A stretch of DNA of 64,000 bases from Candidatus Eiseniibacteriota bacterium (GTDB lineage: Bacteria; Eisenbacteria; RBG-16-71-46; JABDJR01): positions 704,001-768,000 of the forward strand of contig CAVXKA010000001.1 of assembly GCA_963762255.1 (NCBI GenBank), written 5' to 3'. Under the pieces are notes generated by a model. That model was not told the DNA's origin, ran no database searches, and was given only the letters and a program-made list of their open reading frames with translations. Both the position numbers and the translations under genes were made by a program. Positions within the stretch are counted from its first letter, which is position 1. Each line of letters opens with the position of its first letter. This document shows positions 20,229 to 29,766 of the stretch, one piece after another.

Positions 20229-22655
20229 ATGACCCCCTCGCTCTTCGCCCACGGCGCCACGCACTGGGGAGCGCCGTTTGTGGGGCGTCGCCGAGAACTC
20301 GGCATCCTCACGCATCTCATCGAAGACGGCCTGTCGAGTTCATGGTGCCTGGTGCGGGTGGCGGGCGAACCCGGCTCGGGGCGCCGGCGGTTGATCGCCG
20401 AGGCGCTGCGGCGCGGGCCCGATGCGGAGTGGGTGCATCTCGCTCCCGGCGAGACGACGTCCGATCTCCGTCGTTGGCTCTGTACGGAACTCCCCGACCT
20501 GCTCGATGGATACCCGGAGGCCCCGTATCCGTCGTGGGCGCTGCACGTCCTCGCGCGATGGGAGCCGGGGATTCGCCGCTGGGCGCGGATCCCGGCGTGG
20601 ACGCGCGAAGAGCTTCCCGCGGGATCGGAACCGGAGCTCGTCGGGTCCGCGATCGGGGCGCTACTCGCGGCGCTCGCCGCGCAGACGCAAGTCATCGTGG
20701 ACGCCGGACTCTGGCCGCCCCCGCACGACGCGGGGCGCCGCGTGCTGACCAGCATGTGCCGATGCCTCGGCGTTCCCGGCGTAGTCGTGATCGCGGCCCT
20801 CGACCCCGACCCGCCGGGCATGGTGGATGCCGAGGGTACGCGCACGCTCGCGCTGGGGCCGCTCTTGCCGGACGACGTGGCCGAGCTGGCGGCGCGGTGG
20901 ATTCCGGGCGTGCCGTCCGCGGAGTTTGCGGCATGGCTGCACCGAGTGACCGGCGGCCGCCCTCACTTCATCAACGAAACGGTGCGCTGGCTCGAAGAGT
21001 TGGGCCGCGTACGCGTGGACGACGATCACGGTCGCGTGGAGTTGCTCCACCCGCTCGATCGGTTCCCGCTCCCGTTCAATCTCCATGCGGTGATGGACGC
21101 GCGCTACCAGAGACTCCCGACGGGCGCGGCGCGGCTCCTCGCCCTGATCGCGCGCGAGGACGGACGGTTGGATCGCGAAGCGCTGCGCGAGCGCCTGGGC
21201 CTCGACAGCGAGGCCTTCGAAGAAGCGCTGGCCACCCTGCGCCGCCGCGAACTTCTGTTGCGCAGGACCACTCGACGGCCGGTGGCGTCGACGAGCCCCT
21301 TGTGGGGCGGCGTGGTCGAAGCGGCAGGTGTGCGGCGTCCGCGCCAACGACGCGGTTCTCGTGAGCCGCGGGGGAAGACCGCGACAGGCACGTCGAGTGC
21401 GCCGCTGGCGCAGGGGCTGGCTCGGCTGGAGCGCCTCACCACCGCCGGCGCCGACGAGATGGGGCGGGACGCGGCGCCGGAACTCGCGGGGCTCGCGCGT
21501 CTCGCGCGCGGCCGGACCGGGCCGGGCTGGGATGCTCTGCGCGGGCGGCTCGCCGAGGCCGCCGCCCGGCATCGTCGGCAGCGAATGCGCGACCGCGCGG
21601 CGCAGCGATGGATCGCGTGGGGGCTCGCGCACACATCTCCCGATGTGCACCCCGCGCTGCGCCGCTCGCTGCGGCGATTGGACGCCGAGATCCTCGAGAC
21701 GGGCGGTCGGCTTCGCGAAGCGGCGGCGGTGCGCGAGCACGCGCTCGCCGAGAGCCTCGATGCGGGTCATCTCGTTTCCGCCGCGCTGCTCAAGGCCGCC
21801 CTTGCCGAGACGATGGGGCGTCTCGACGACCCGGCGCCCGCTCATCGCCTGGCACGCGAGGCGGAGATCGAGCTTGGCTCCATGGGGCTCGTCGCGGATG
21901 CGAAGCATGCGCGCGAGGCGGGCGAACGCACGGCCCCGGACCCGAAGAACGCGCAAGGCGCACATCCTCCACTTCGGGCTGCGCCGCCGCGCGGCAAGCC
22001 GGAGTTCACGGGGGTGGAGCTCAGGCTGTTGAACCGGCCGAGCGTGGTGCGAGCCGGATCGTTCTGGCCGCGATCTCTTTGGCCGCAGTGGTGGCTCTCG
22101 CTATGGTGCGGCGCGGTCAGCGCAAGCCTGCTCGGACGCGGCTTCGCTCGTGCCGCCGCCGATCGCGCGGCGGCAGAGGCGGGGGATGCGCCCGATGCGG
22201 ATCTGGAGCACCTCCTCGTCCTGGCCAATCAACTCCTGCGCGGGCGAGAGACCGTGGCGGGGGGACTGCGTCTCGATGGCGATCGGATCGCAGTGGCGTG
22301 GTCGGGCATCCGCTGCGATGTGCGCGAGTTGTTCGCGCTTGTGGAGCGCGCGACAACCGAGCGCGGTTCGGACGCGGCGGCGCTCCATCGCCGGATACTG
22401 GACCTCGTCCAGGGGGCCTATCTTCCAGGCATCGCCGGCGAAGAGCACGACGCGGTGCGGGAGCGATTGCGGGAGACCATCCGCTTGGCGCTGGCGGCCG
22501 TGCTCGCGGATGGCGGGGAGATCACCGCGGCCGAGCGGGCGTGCTGGCTGGAGAACGCGGGGCGTGCGGGGCCGGTGGCGGTCGTGTTCGCCGAACTCAG
22601 CGAGGCCTCTGGGCGACCGCGCGCGGCCTTCGTGCTTCGGCGCGAGTCACCATGA
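20229..22655 (+). CDS. Degenerate AAA_16/STAND-like ATPase with TPR/BTAD-like C-terminal region
   Basis: FVGRRREL, GEPGSGRRRL (Walker A with K replaced by R), TGGRPHFINE, LP.NL..VMDARY.RL; C-terminal CDVREL...LDLVQGAYLPG. Confidence 0.6.
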   Translation: MTPSLFAHGATHWGAPFVGRRRELGILTHLIEDGLSSSWCLVRVAGEPGSGRRRLIAEALRRGPDAEWVHLAPGETTSDLRRWLCTELPDLLDGYPEAPYPSWALHVLARWEPGIRRWARIPAWTREELPAGSEPELVGSAIGALLAALAAQTQVIVDAGLWPPPHDAGRRVLTSMCRCLGVPGVVVIAALDPDPPGMVDAEGTRTLALGPLLPDDVAELAARWIPGVPSAEFAAWLHRVTGGRPHFINETVRWLEELGRVRVDDDHGRVELLHPLDRFPLPFNLHAVMDARYQRLPTGAARLLALIAREDGRLDREALRERLGLDSEAFEEALATLRRRELLLRRTTRRPVASTSPLWGGVVEAAGVRRPRQRRGSREPRGKTATGTSSAPLAQGLARLERLTTAGADEMGRDAAPELAGLARLARGRTGPGWDALRGRLAEAAARHRRQRMRDRAAQRWIAWGLAHTSPDVHPALRRSLRRLDAEILETGGRLREAAAVREHALAESLDAGHLVSAALLKAALAETMGRLDDPAPAHRLAREAEIELGSMGLVADAKHAREAGERTAPDPKNAQGAHPPLRAAPPRGKPEFTGVELRLLNRPSVVRAGSFWPRSLWPQWWLSLWCGAVSASLLGRGFARAAADRAAAEAGDAPDADLEHLLVLANQLLRGRETVAGGLRLDGDRIAVAWSGIRCDVRELFALVERATTERGSDAAALHRRILDLVQGAYLPGIAGEEHDAVRERLRETIRLALAAVLADGGEITAAERACWLENAGRAGPVAVVFAELSEASGRPRAAFVLRRESP

Positions 22656-24111
22656 GGAGCGGGCGCAAGCCGGCCTCCCAGTGTGTTCTTGGTGCGTTCC
22701 ACACACCGTCCGGTGATGCCGCCCCCGAGGCTGCCAGCGCTTCTTCCACCCGCGCGGTGAGCTCGGGATCCGCGGTGAGACCGTCGTGCGCGCGTTCCGC
22801 TTCAAGAGCCTCCAGGGCCTGCACCCAGCGCTTGCCCTGAGCCGCCGGGAGTTTGGCGGGGTTGGCTCGCATCCAATCGAGGAGCCGTTCCGCCTCCTCG
22901 TACTCGGCGAGGAGCCAGCGGAGCGGAGCGCTCGCCTCGGCGGGCGCCCGAACCAATACCGCAGAGAGGTATCCGCGCCGCTGCAGCAGAAATTCCGAAG
23001 GAGACGCCTCGTGATACGGGAGCAAGTTGGCGCGGGCGAGCGCGGCCGCCGCCACGACATACTCCAGCTCCGCGCGCCGGAGCCAGTAATCGCGCGCCCA
23101 GGCCTCGGGCCGGTCCCTCCGCGCGTCGCGCCCCATATCGGCGGCCTGGCGTAGCTCGATCAGGGTCTCCGACCAGACCGGGAGCGCGTTCTCTCGCACC
23201 GGCAACGACTCCGCGCGGACCAGATACTCCTCCGCGGCAAGGAATCCCGGCGCGGTCCAACTCCACGCGGCGGCGGCAAGCCCCGCGGGCGCATCCTGGT
23301 CGGGGGGCGCGAGCCCGAGCGAACGGGCGCGCAGGCGCTGGCGAAGCAGGACGCCGGCCGCATCCCACGCGCCGGTCACACCGTCCGGCGACGGGAACGA
23401 CGAGGCGATCTCCGCCGCTTCGCGCGCGCGCGCCGCCGGACCGAGGCTGTCGAGCGGCGCGTTCTCGAGAAGGGCGAGGCGCGTGAGAAGAATGCTGGCC
23501 GCCCGCTCGCGAAGCGCATCGTCATCGCCGCCGAGAAGCGAAGCCAACTGTTCGTCGTCCTCGAGGGTCCAGCCGAGGGGACCGGCCCATCCGGGCGCCG
23601 GCCCCAAGCCGACGAGCGTCTCCATCAAGCGGGCTTCCGACTGGGCGAGCGCCAGCGGGCGCAGGCGCGCCACATCGCGCTCCAATCGGGCCACGCGCGC
23701 GGTCAGCGAATCGGGACTCGCCGCGCCGGAGCCGATACGGCCGGCCGTTCCCGGCCTCAGCACAACCACGGCGACGACCAGAGCGACCGCGCCGAACAGC
23801 GCGCCGGCGACCATTCGGCGCACGCGGCGCAGGCCGGAGTCGAGAGCCGCGAATCGTTCGCTTTGGCCGCGCTCCAGCGCGAGCACTCGTCCCGCGCGCG
23901 TCTCAGGGGGGAGAAAATTCAGGTAGTGGAGCGCGGCGAGCCGTTCCTCCGGCACGCCGATCCGCCGAGCCAGGGGCCCGCGATGCTCGTCGCTGGCGAT
24001 ACGGGACTCGAGATCCCGCCGCGTGCGCACACCGGCGCCGTAGAGACGGGCGAGCAAGTCCTCGTCCATCCCCTCCAGCAGCGACAGTTCAAGACCGGAT
24101 GCATCGTCCAT
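22597..24111 (-). CDS. Hypothetical membrane-anchored protein with N-terminal HhH/DUF4332-like region
   Basis: 504-aa ORF; LEGMDEDLLARLYGAGVRT N-terminus, one TM segment, helical C-terminal part. Confidence 0.55.
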   Translation of the reverse strand: MDDASGLELSLLEGMDEDLLARLYGAGVRTRRDLESRIASDEHRGPLARRIGVPEERLAALHYLNFLPPETRAGRVLALERGQSERFAALDSGLRRVRRMVAGALFGAVALVVAVVVLRPGTAGRIGSGAASPDSLTARVARLERDVARLRPLALAQSEARLMETLVGLGPAPGWAGPLGWTLEDDEQLASLLGGDDDALRERAASILLTRLALLENAPLDSLGPAARAREAAEIASSFPSPDGVTGAWDAAGVLLRQRLRARSLGLAPPDQDAPAGLAAAAWSWTAPGFLAAEEYLVRAESLPVRENALPVWSETLIELRQAADMGRDARRDRPEAWARDYWLRRAELEYVVAAAALARANLLPYHEASPSEFLLQRRGYLSAVLVRAPAEASAPLRWLLAEYEEAERLLDWMRANPAKLPAAQGKRWVQALEALEAERAHDGLTADPELTARVEEALAASGAASPDGVWNAPRTHWEAGLRPLLMVTRAEARRPRAVAQRPR

Positions 24112-24175
24112 GGTTGCTCAAGCAGTCTGCCGCGGGGCTGGCTGGGCGGCGACAACGCGTCGTCCCGAACCGGCC

Positions 24176-24676
24176 TCAGTGGCCGAAGGCCCAGATCGCG
24201 AGAAGCTTCACGCCCGGCGCGTCGATGATCGAGAACTTCACCTCACCCGCGAATCGGCCCGTGCCGCTGATCACCTTCTCGATCCCGAAGATGCCGGACA
24301 TGACCATGCGGGTGTCGTCATCCTCCTGGTTCATGTTCTCGAAGAAGAACCCGAGTTCGCCGCCCACGTAGGGAGTCCATGCCCCCCAACGGTCGCGGAA
24401 GCGGAACAGGAGATCGCTCGCGATGAGGGTCGTGGTGCGGTTGTTGCCGAGTCCGATCTCGACGACCGGAAGCAGGAGATTGGTGTGCGTGAAGGGGTCA
24501 CCGAGGTCGGCGTGCGCGCCGAGAATAAGTTGGTTCGGATCGATGGAGAGCCCGACCCGGGGACCGATGCCGTGGAATCGCACCCCGCGCTCGGTCTCCG
24601 CGGCGGCGGAACCCGCCAGGACCGTGCAGCCAAGAACAAGCAGCAGAAGGGTTAAGCGTCGCACGACCACCTCCAT
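24176..24676 (-). CDS. Small outer-membrane beta-barrel protein
   Basis: Signal peptide, alternating beta-strands, TPYVGGELG, aromatic C-terminal strand IWAFGH. Confidence 0.7.
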   Translation of the reverse strand: MEVVVRRLTLLLLVLGCTVLAGSAAAETERGVRFHGIGPRVGLSIDPNQLILGAHADLGDPFTHTNLLLPVVEIGLGNNRTTTLIASDLLFRFRDRWGAWTPYVGGELGFFFENMNQEDDDTRMVMSGIFGIEKVISGTGRFAGEVKFSIIDAPGVKLLAIWAFGH

Positions 24677-24775
24677 CGAGCCGGACCGGCCGGCTGCGGA
24701 CTGGAACCGATAACTACCCGGTGATTCTCGCCCGTTCGCCGGCTCGGCACAAGGGGGTCGCCGCCGGGAGAGGTC

Positions 24776-25423
24776 TCAGGCGCCGGCCCGGGGGGCCGGA
24801 CGGACCTCGGAGAGCGCACGCGACAGCGACCGCTCGGCTTCCTCCAGCGCGCGCCATCCGGCGGAGGCAAGTGCGTTCGAGACGGACTGCTGGGTCACCC
24901 CGAGCGCCTCCGCCACATCGCGCTGCCGGTGAAGGCGCCGGTAGAGCCGGACGACCTGGCACTGCCGCGCGGTCCAGAGCTGGAGGTTGCGGTAGAGAAC
25001 CAGCGCCAGCGTGTTGGCGAGAAGGTCGAGGCTCGGGTCCACCCCGCTCACGAGCAGGAGCCGATCCTCCTTGCGCGCGCGATACAGCAACTCGGCGGCG
25101 GCGTCGAAGGCGGGTCCATCCTGCGCGGTCTCGGACGAGACCTCGCCCACCACCGCGGCGACGCGCACGGGCAGGGGGTGGAACTCCTCGGCGAGGCGCC
25201 TCGCCACGGCGTACGCCTCGGCGAGATCCAGAAGGACGCCGCCGAACTCGGGAAAGCCTCCGGTGGTGCCCAATGGCGACGCCACCGAGGCGACGCGCTC
25301 CCGGTTGAACTCCTCCAGCACTCCTCCGAGACGCTTCTGGAGATCGTCCATACGGAGAATCGCGGGGTTCTCCTCGACCTCTCCGAGCAACGCCACCAGA
25401 CCAGTCATCGAAGGCACCCGCAT
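24776..25423 (-). CDS. SatD family protein
   Basis: DGPAF motif, WTARQ, C-terminal HTH QRDVAEALGVTQQSVSNAL..AGW. Start at 25423 or 25408. Confidence 0.78.
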   Translation of the reverse strand: MRVPSMTGLVALLGEVEENPAILRMDDLQKRLGGVLEEFNRERVASVASPLGTTGGFPEFGGVLLDLAEAYAVARRLAEEFHPLPVRVAAVVGEVSSETAQDGPAFDAAAELLYRARKEDRLLLVSGVDPSLDLLANTLALVLYRNLQLWTARQCQVVRLYRRLHRQRDVAEALGVTQQSVSNALASAGWRALEEAERSLSRALSEVRPAPRAGA

Positions 25424-25657
25424 GGAAGGAGGTTCGTTTGCGTGGGCGGCCGGTTCACGCCCGCCGGTCCGCGAAGTGTAGCCCAAGGGCTCGTCTCCCG
25501 CTTCCGCGCGCTTCGGCCACCCCGCATGGGAGCCTTCCCCGGACAGACTGGCCGAGCTTGTGAGTGCAAAATGCAATCTTGGCGGCCAACAATGCCGTTT
25601 TGGTCCTGTTTCGTGTGCTGATGATATCGAATAGCTGCACAAACGGCGTTTTTTAGC

Positions 25658-25686
25658 TTGCACCGCGCGCAGTGCCGGCGTAGGCT
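25658..25686 (+). promoter_or_regulatory. Probable sigma70 promoter of glnA
   Basis: TTGCAC-17 nt-TAGGCT within an AT-richer intergenic segment. Confidence 0.5.
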
Positions 25687-25755
25687 TCTTCGCATGCTTT
25701 CGCCGGCTCCGCACGCGATGCCGGCGACATCTCTCCATCCCGAAGGAGCCATCAG

Positions 25756-27078
25756 GTGACCAAGGCCGAAATCCTCAAGATCTGCAAGACGGAAGGCGTC
25801 CGCTTCATGCGGCTCCAGTTCACGGACATTCACGGAGCCAACAAGAACGTCGAGCTGCCGGCCAGCCAGTTCCAGAAGGCCTTGGACGGAGAGATCATGT
25901 TCGACGGATCCTCGATCGAGGGGTTCACCCGCATCGAGGAGTCGGACATGCTCCTCCACCCGGATCTGACCACGTTCCGGATCTTCCCGCTCGACGGCGG
26001 TCGCGGGAAGGTGGCGCGGCTCGTCTGCGACGTGAAGATGCCGGACGGAGCCGACTTCGACGGCGATCCCCGCACCTGCCTCCGACGCATGACGGAGAAG
26101 GCGAAGAAGCTCGGGTACACGCTGATGGTCGGTCCCGAAGTGGAGTTCTTCCTCTTCCTGTTCGACGCGGACGGCGCGCCCTCGGTGAAGACCCACGACG
26201 CAGGCGCCTACTTCGATCTCGCCCCCATCGACAAGGGGGAAGAGTGCCGCCGGGACATCGTGCAGGCCCTCGAGGCGATGGGCTTCGAGGTGGAGGCCGC
26301 GCACCACGAAGTGGCCCACGGCCAACACGAGATCGACTTCCGCTACGGCGAGGCGCTGCACACCGCGGACAACGTAGCCACGTTCCGCTTCCTGGTGCGG
26401 CACATCGCCCGTCAGCACGGGCTTCACGCCACGTTCATGCCCAAGCCGATCTTTGGCCAGAACGGCAGCGGCATGCACTGCCACCAGTCGCTCTTCAAGG
26501 GGGACAAGAACTCCTTCTACGACCCGAAGGGCGACTACGAGCTGAGCAAGGTGGCCCTCCAGTACATCGCCGGCATCCTGCGGCACGCCAAGGGGTTCGT
26601 GGCCATCACCAACCCCATCGTCAACTCCTACAAGCGGCTGGTTCCGGGCTACGAGGCCCCCACCAACGTCGCGTGGTCGGAGCGCAACCGTAGCCCGATG
26701 GTCCGCATCCCCGCGCGCCGCGGTGTCGGCACCCGGTGCGAGGTGCGCCTCCCCGATCCCTCCTGCAACCCCTACCTCGCCTTCGCGGTGATGCTGGCGG
26801 CGGGTCTCGACGGGATCGAGAAGAAGATGGATCCCGGCCCCCCCGTGAACAAGAACGTCTTCCGGATGAGCGAGCGGGAGAAGCGGCGTCACAAGATCGA
26901 CGACCTTCCTTCGACGCTTTCGGAAGCGATCGACGAGCTGGAGAAGGACAAGGTGATCCTGGACGCGCTGGGCCCGCATCTCGCCCAGAGCTACGTCGAC
27001 GCGAAGAGGCAGGTCTGGACGGAGTTCCTGGCCCAGGTGCATCCTTGGGAGCTGGATCGGTATCTGGCGTACTACTAA
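25756..27078 (+). CDS. glnA: Glutamine synthetase type I (GSI-alpha-like)
   Basis: FDGSSIEGF, GPEVEFFLF, HHEVAHGQHEI, ATFMPKP, NGSGMH, NSYKRLVPGYEAP, NRS, EVRLPDP.CNPYL. Confidence 0.96.
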   Translation: MTKAEILKICKTEGVRFMRLQFTDIHGANKNVELPASQFQKALDGEIMFDGSSIEGFTRIEESDMLLHPDLTTFRIFPLDGGRGKVARLVCDVKMPDGADFDGDPRTCLRRMTEKAKKLGYTLMVGPEVEFFLFLFDADGAPSVKTHDAGAYFDLAPIDKGEECRRDIVQALEAMGFEVEAAHHEVAHGQHEIDFRYGEALHTADNVATFRFLVRHIARQHGLHATFMPKPIFGQNGSGMHCHQSLFKGDKNSFYDPKGDYELSKVALQYIAGILRHAKGFVAITNPIVNSYKRLVPGYEAPTNVAWSERNRSPMVRIPARRGVGTRCEVRLPDPSCNPYLAFAVMLAAGLDGIEKKMDPGPPVNKNVFRMSEREKRRHKIDDLPSTLSEAIDELEKDKVILDALGPHLAQSYVDAKRQVWTEFLAQVHPWELDRYLAYY

Positions 27079-27141
27079 AGGAGGCGCGCGTGGGTCGGGG
27101 GGCGATGGATCGGTTCGTATCGCTCGGCTATCGCGCGCTGA

Positions 27142-27900
27142 TCAGGGAGGGGTGAGCGGGGAGAACATCTCCGGCGCGATCTCCGGGTTGGTCTTCACGG
27201 ATCGGAACCGCACGATCGCGGTCTTCACACCCCCGGCGTAGCTGTCCTCGCGGAACGGGAAGAGGACTCCGTGCACCCACCGGAACTCGCTCAGGTCCAC
27301 CGCCGAGTCCGTGGGTGTGGGGCTCGAGAGCCGCATGGAAACGCGCTCGATGCGGTGCTTCCTGGGGTCCACGTGGTACTCGAGCGACGTGCCCCCACTG
27401 AGCGGCAACTGCAGGACCACGCGCTCCTTGTCGTCCGGATCCATCCGCACGAGGCTGCTCTCCTGCTCGGCGAGGCGCAGCGGCAGATCCAGCCGTGCGG
27501 CCTCCAGCCGAAGCGTCTCGAGGAACACGCCTGTCACCGGTTGCAGGTGCCGGTCGTCGGGGCCGCCCCAGCCCTCGTCGCCGCGCACAACCCGTAGCTC
27601 GCCGCGGTCGGGGTAACGCAGTTCAATCCGAAGCCCGTCGGATCGCTCGCGCCAGCGCACGATGTGCCCCTGCTCGCGATGCCCGGTCGCGGTGAGGATT
27701 CCCTCGGCGCGGTAGGCGCGCACCTTGCCGAGCGCGGCGGCGCCGCCGTACGCATCGAGGATCTCCTGCACCAGGTCGTGCACGTCGGCGCGCGCCTTCG
27801 CCTGCGAATCGGCGGAGCCCCGCCCGCCCTGACACCCCACGGTGGCAAGGAGAATCGCCACGGCAAAGCCCGTCTGTGTTGCGCGGCGAGCGAGTTGCAT
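27142..27900 (-). CDS. Hypothetical lipoprotein (LolA-like fold possible)
   Basis: Lipobox TVGC; AYGG..AL, EFRWVHGVLFPF, NPEIAPEMF. Confidence 0.65.
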   Translation of the reverse strand: MQLARRATQTGFAVAILLATVGCQGGRGSADSQAKARADVHDLVQEILDAYGGAAALGKVRAYRAEGILTATGHREQGHIVRWRERSDGLRIELRYPDRGELRVVRGDEGWGGPDDRHLQPVTGVFLETLRLEAARLDLPLRLAEQESSLVRMDPDDKERVVLQLPLSGGTSLEYHVDPRKHRIERVSMRLSSPTPTDSAVDLSEFRWVHGVLFPFREDSYAGGVKTAIVRFRSVKTNPEIAPEMFSPLTPP

Positions 27901-28007
27901 GGTGCACATCCTAGCGCGTCGGGACGGGATCGCGCCTCTCCTATGGTACGATCTTCGCGTCGCACGGAACCGCCACCGGCAGGACGTCCTGGACCGATCA
28001 CCAACCG

Positions 28008-29360
28008 ATGAACCACCGCCTGACCCTCCTTCTCATCCTTCTCATCGTCGTAGCGGCGCTCGCCTCCAGCGGGGCCTTGCGCGGACAAATGCGGCAGGGC
28101 GAGAACCTCACGATCTTCTTCACCGGAGACGACGCGGGCGAGATCGCCCCCTGCGGGTGACCGGTCGAAGACTACGGTGGGGTGTCCCGGAGGGCCGCCT
28201 TCTTCGACACGTTGCGAACCGCGGGCTGGGAGTTCCTGGTGGTCTCAACCGGGGATCTGGCCCCGTTCGAAGGGATGAATTCGCAGGGGTTGCTCCGCAC
28301 CGAGACGCTGGCCAAGGCCATGGCGCTCATGCGCTACGACGCGATTGCGCTGGGAGACCACGATCTCGAGCCCGGCCCGACCTTTGTGAAGGACTTGGTC
28401 GGGTGGCTCGGCCAACCCGTTCTCGCCACCAACTACGCGCTGCCCGATCCGGCGGCCAGCGTGCGAACCCGCCTGACTCAAGTGCGAGGCAAGAAGGTCG
28501 GGCTCCTCGCATTCCTCGATCCCGACTTGGCCGAAGACCGCGCGCCGTGGGTCACGGTGGAGCCGTTCGCGAGCGCGCGGGCCGTGGTCGACTCGCTGCG
28601 GGGCCGTTGCGACGTGCTGGTCGCGCTGGCCCACCTCGGCGACGAGAGCAAGGTGGCGGAGCTTCACGCGCTCTACCCCGGCATCGATCTCTTCCTTCTC
28701 GGCCACGAGGGCGCGATGCCGGCCAGGCTCTATCGGCTGGACCGTTCGGCGGTGATGGGGGGCGGGGCGCGCGGCCGGCACCTGGGGCGGACCGACATCT
28801 CCTTCGGCGCGGACGATTCGATCCAGAACTTCGAGGGGGCCTATCTTCCCGTGATCATGGCCTGGGGTCGCCGCTCGTGGGTTGACACGTTGCTCGACGA
28901 TTACTACGAGCGCGTCAAGCGGCTCACCATGACCGCGGAGTTCGAGCAGGAAATCCTGAACTCGCTGGAGGAGCCTACGGTCGAGTACGTCGGGAACGAG
29001 GCGTGCTCATCCTGCCATGAGGCCGAAACCCGGCAGTGGGCCTCGACGCCGCACGCGCGGGCTCGCGAGACGCTCGTGAAGGCCAAGTCCGACCACGACA
29101 CGCAATGCCAGTCCTGCCACAGCACGGGGTTCGGCTATCGCACCGGGTTCGCCACCCCCAAGAGCACGCCCGCACGGTACAACGTGGGATGCGAGGCGTG
29201 CCACGGCGCGGGGGCGGAGCACGCGAAGAATCCGGCCGCACCGTACGGGGCAACGGGTGAGGCCCTGTGCGTCACCTGCCACGACGCGCACAACAGTCCG
29301 AAGTTCGACTACGCAACCTATCGCCCCAGGATCGTGCACGGCACCGCGAAGACGAAGTAG
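28008..29360 (+). CDS. Selenoprotein: secreted UshA/5'-nucleotidase-like metallophosphoesterase domain with CxU motif, fused to tetraheme cytochrome c (c554-like)
   Basis: ATG 28008 gives a signal peptide and LTIFFTGDDAGEIAPCG-UGA(28158-28160)-PVEDYGGVSRRA, in frame with track ORF 28182-29360. Motifs STGDL, LGDHD, LAHLG, LGHE; four CXXCH (CSSCH, CQSCH, CEACH, CVTCH). Confidence 0.85.
28161..28190 (+). promoter_or_regulatory. Candidate bacterial SECIS hairpin
   Basis: CCGG...GAC(U)AC-GGUGGG-GUGUC...CCGG. Upper stem has a bulged U; the G-rich loop starts at the 16th nt after UGA. Confidence 0.65.
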
Positions 29361-29377
29361 GCGCGGCGCCCCGTCGG

Positions 29378-29629
29378 CTAGTGCTTCTTGAGCGCGCGGT
29401 AGACGATAAGCAGCAAGATCGCGCCCCCCACCGCCAAGGCAAAGCTGCGGAAGTCGAGCCCGCTCACCGTGCCCCACCCGAGGCGCGAGCCGATGAACCC
29501 ACCGATCAGGGCGCCGGCGACGCCAAGAAGCATGGTGATGATGCACCCGCCCGGGTCCCTGCCCGGCATGAGGAGCTTGGCCACAGCGCCCGCCACGAGC
29601 CCCAAGACGATCCAGTAGAGAATGTTCAT
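29378..29629 (-). CDS. GlsB/YeaQ/YmgE (transglycosylase-associated) membrane protein
   Basis: WIVLGLVAGAVAKLLMPG, LGVAGALIGG, AVGGAILLL. Confidence 0.92.
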   Translation of the reverse strand: MNILYWIVLGLVAGAVAKLLMPGRDPGGCIITMLLGVAGALIGGFIGSRLGWGTVSGLDFRSFALAVGGAILLLIVYRALKKH

Positions 29630-29766
29630 CGTCGCGCCTTCTACCTCGCCGGCCCCGCGGCCCAGGGTGAACTCGGGTCACTCCTTCGCGCACCCGACCG
29701 GGGCGCGCCGATCACGACGGAGGATCCTGTCGCCTATACTAACGCCGTGAGCGCCCTCGTGCATTC

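Noticed and set aside
25560-25755. Sigma54 promoter or NtrC sites for glnA
   Set aside because: No GG-N10-GC with correct spacing found; a sigma70-like promoter fits instead.
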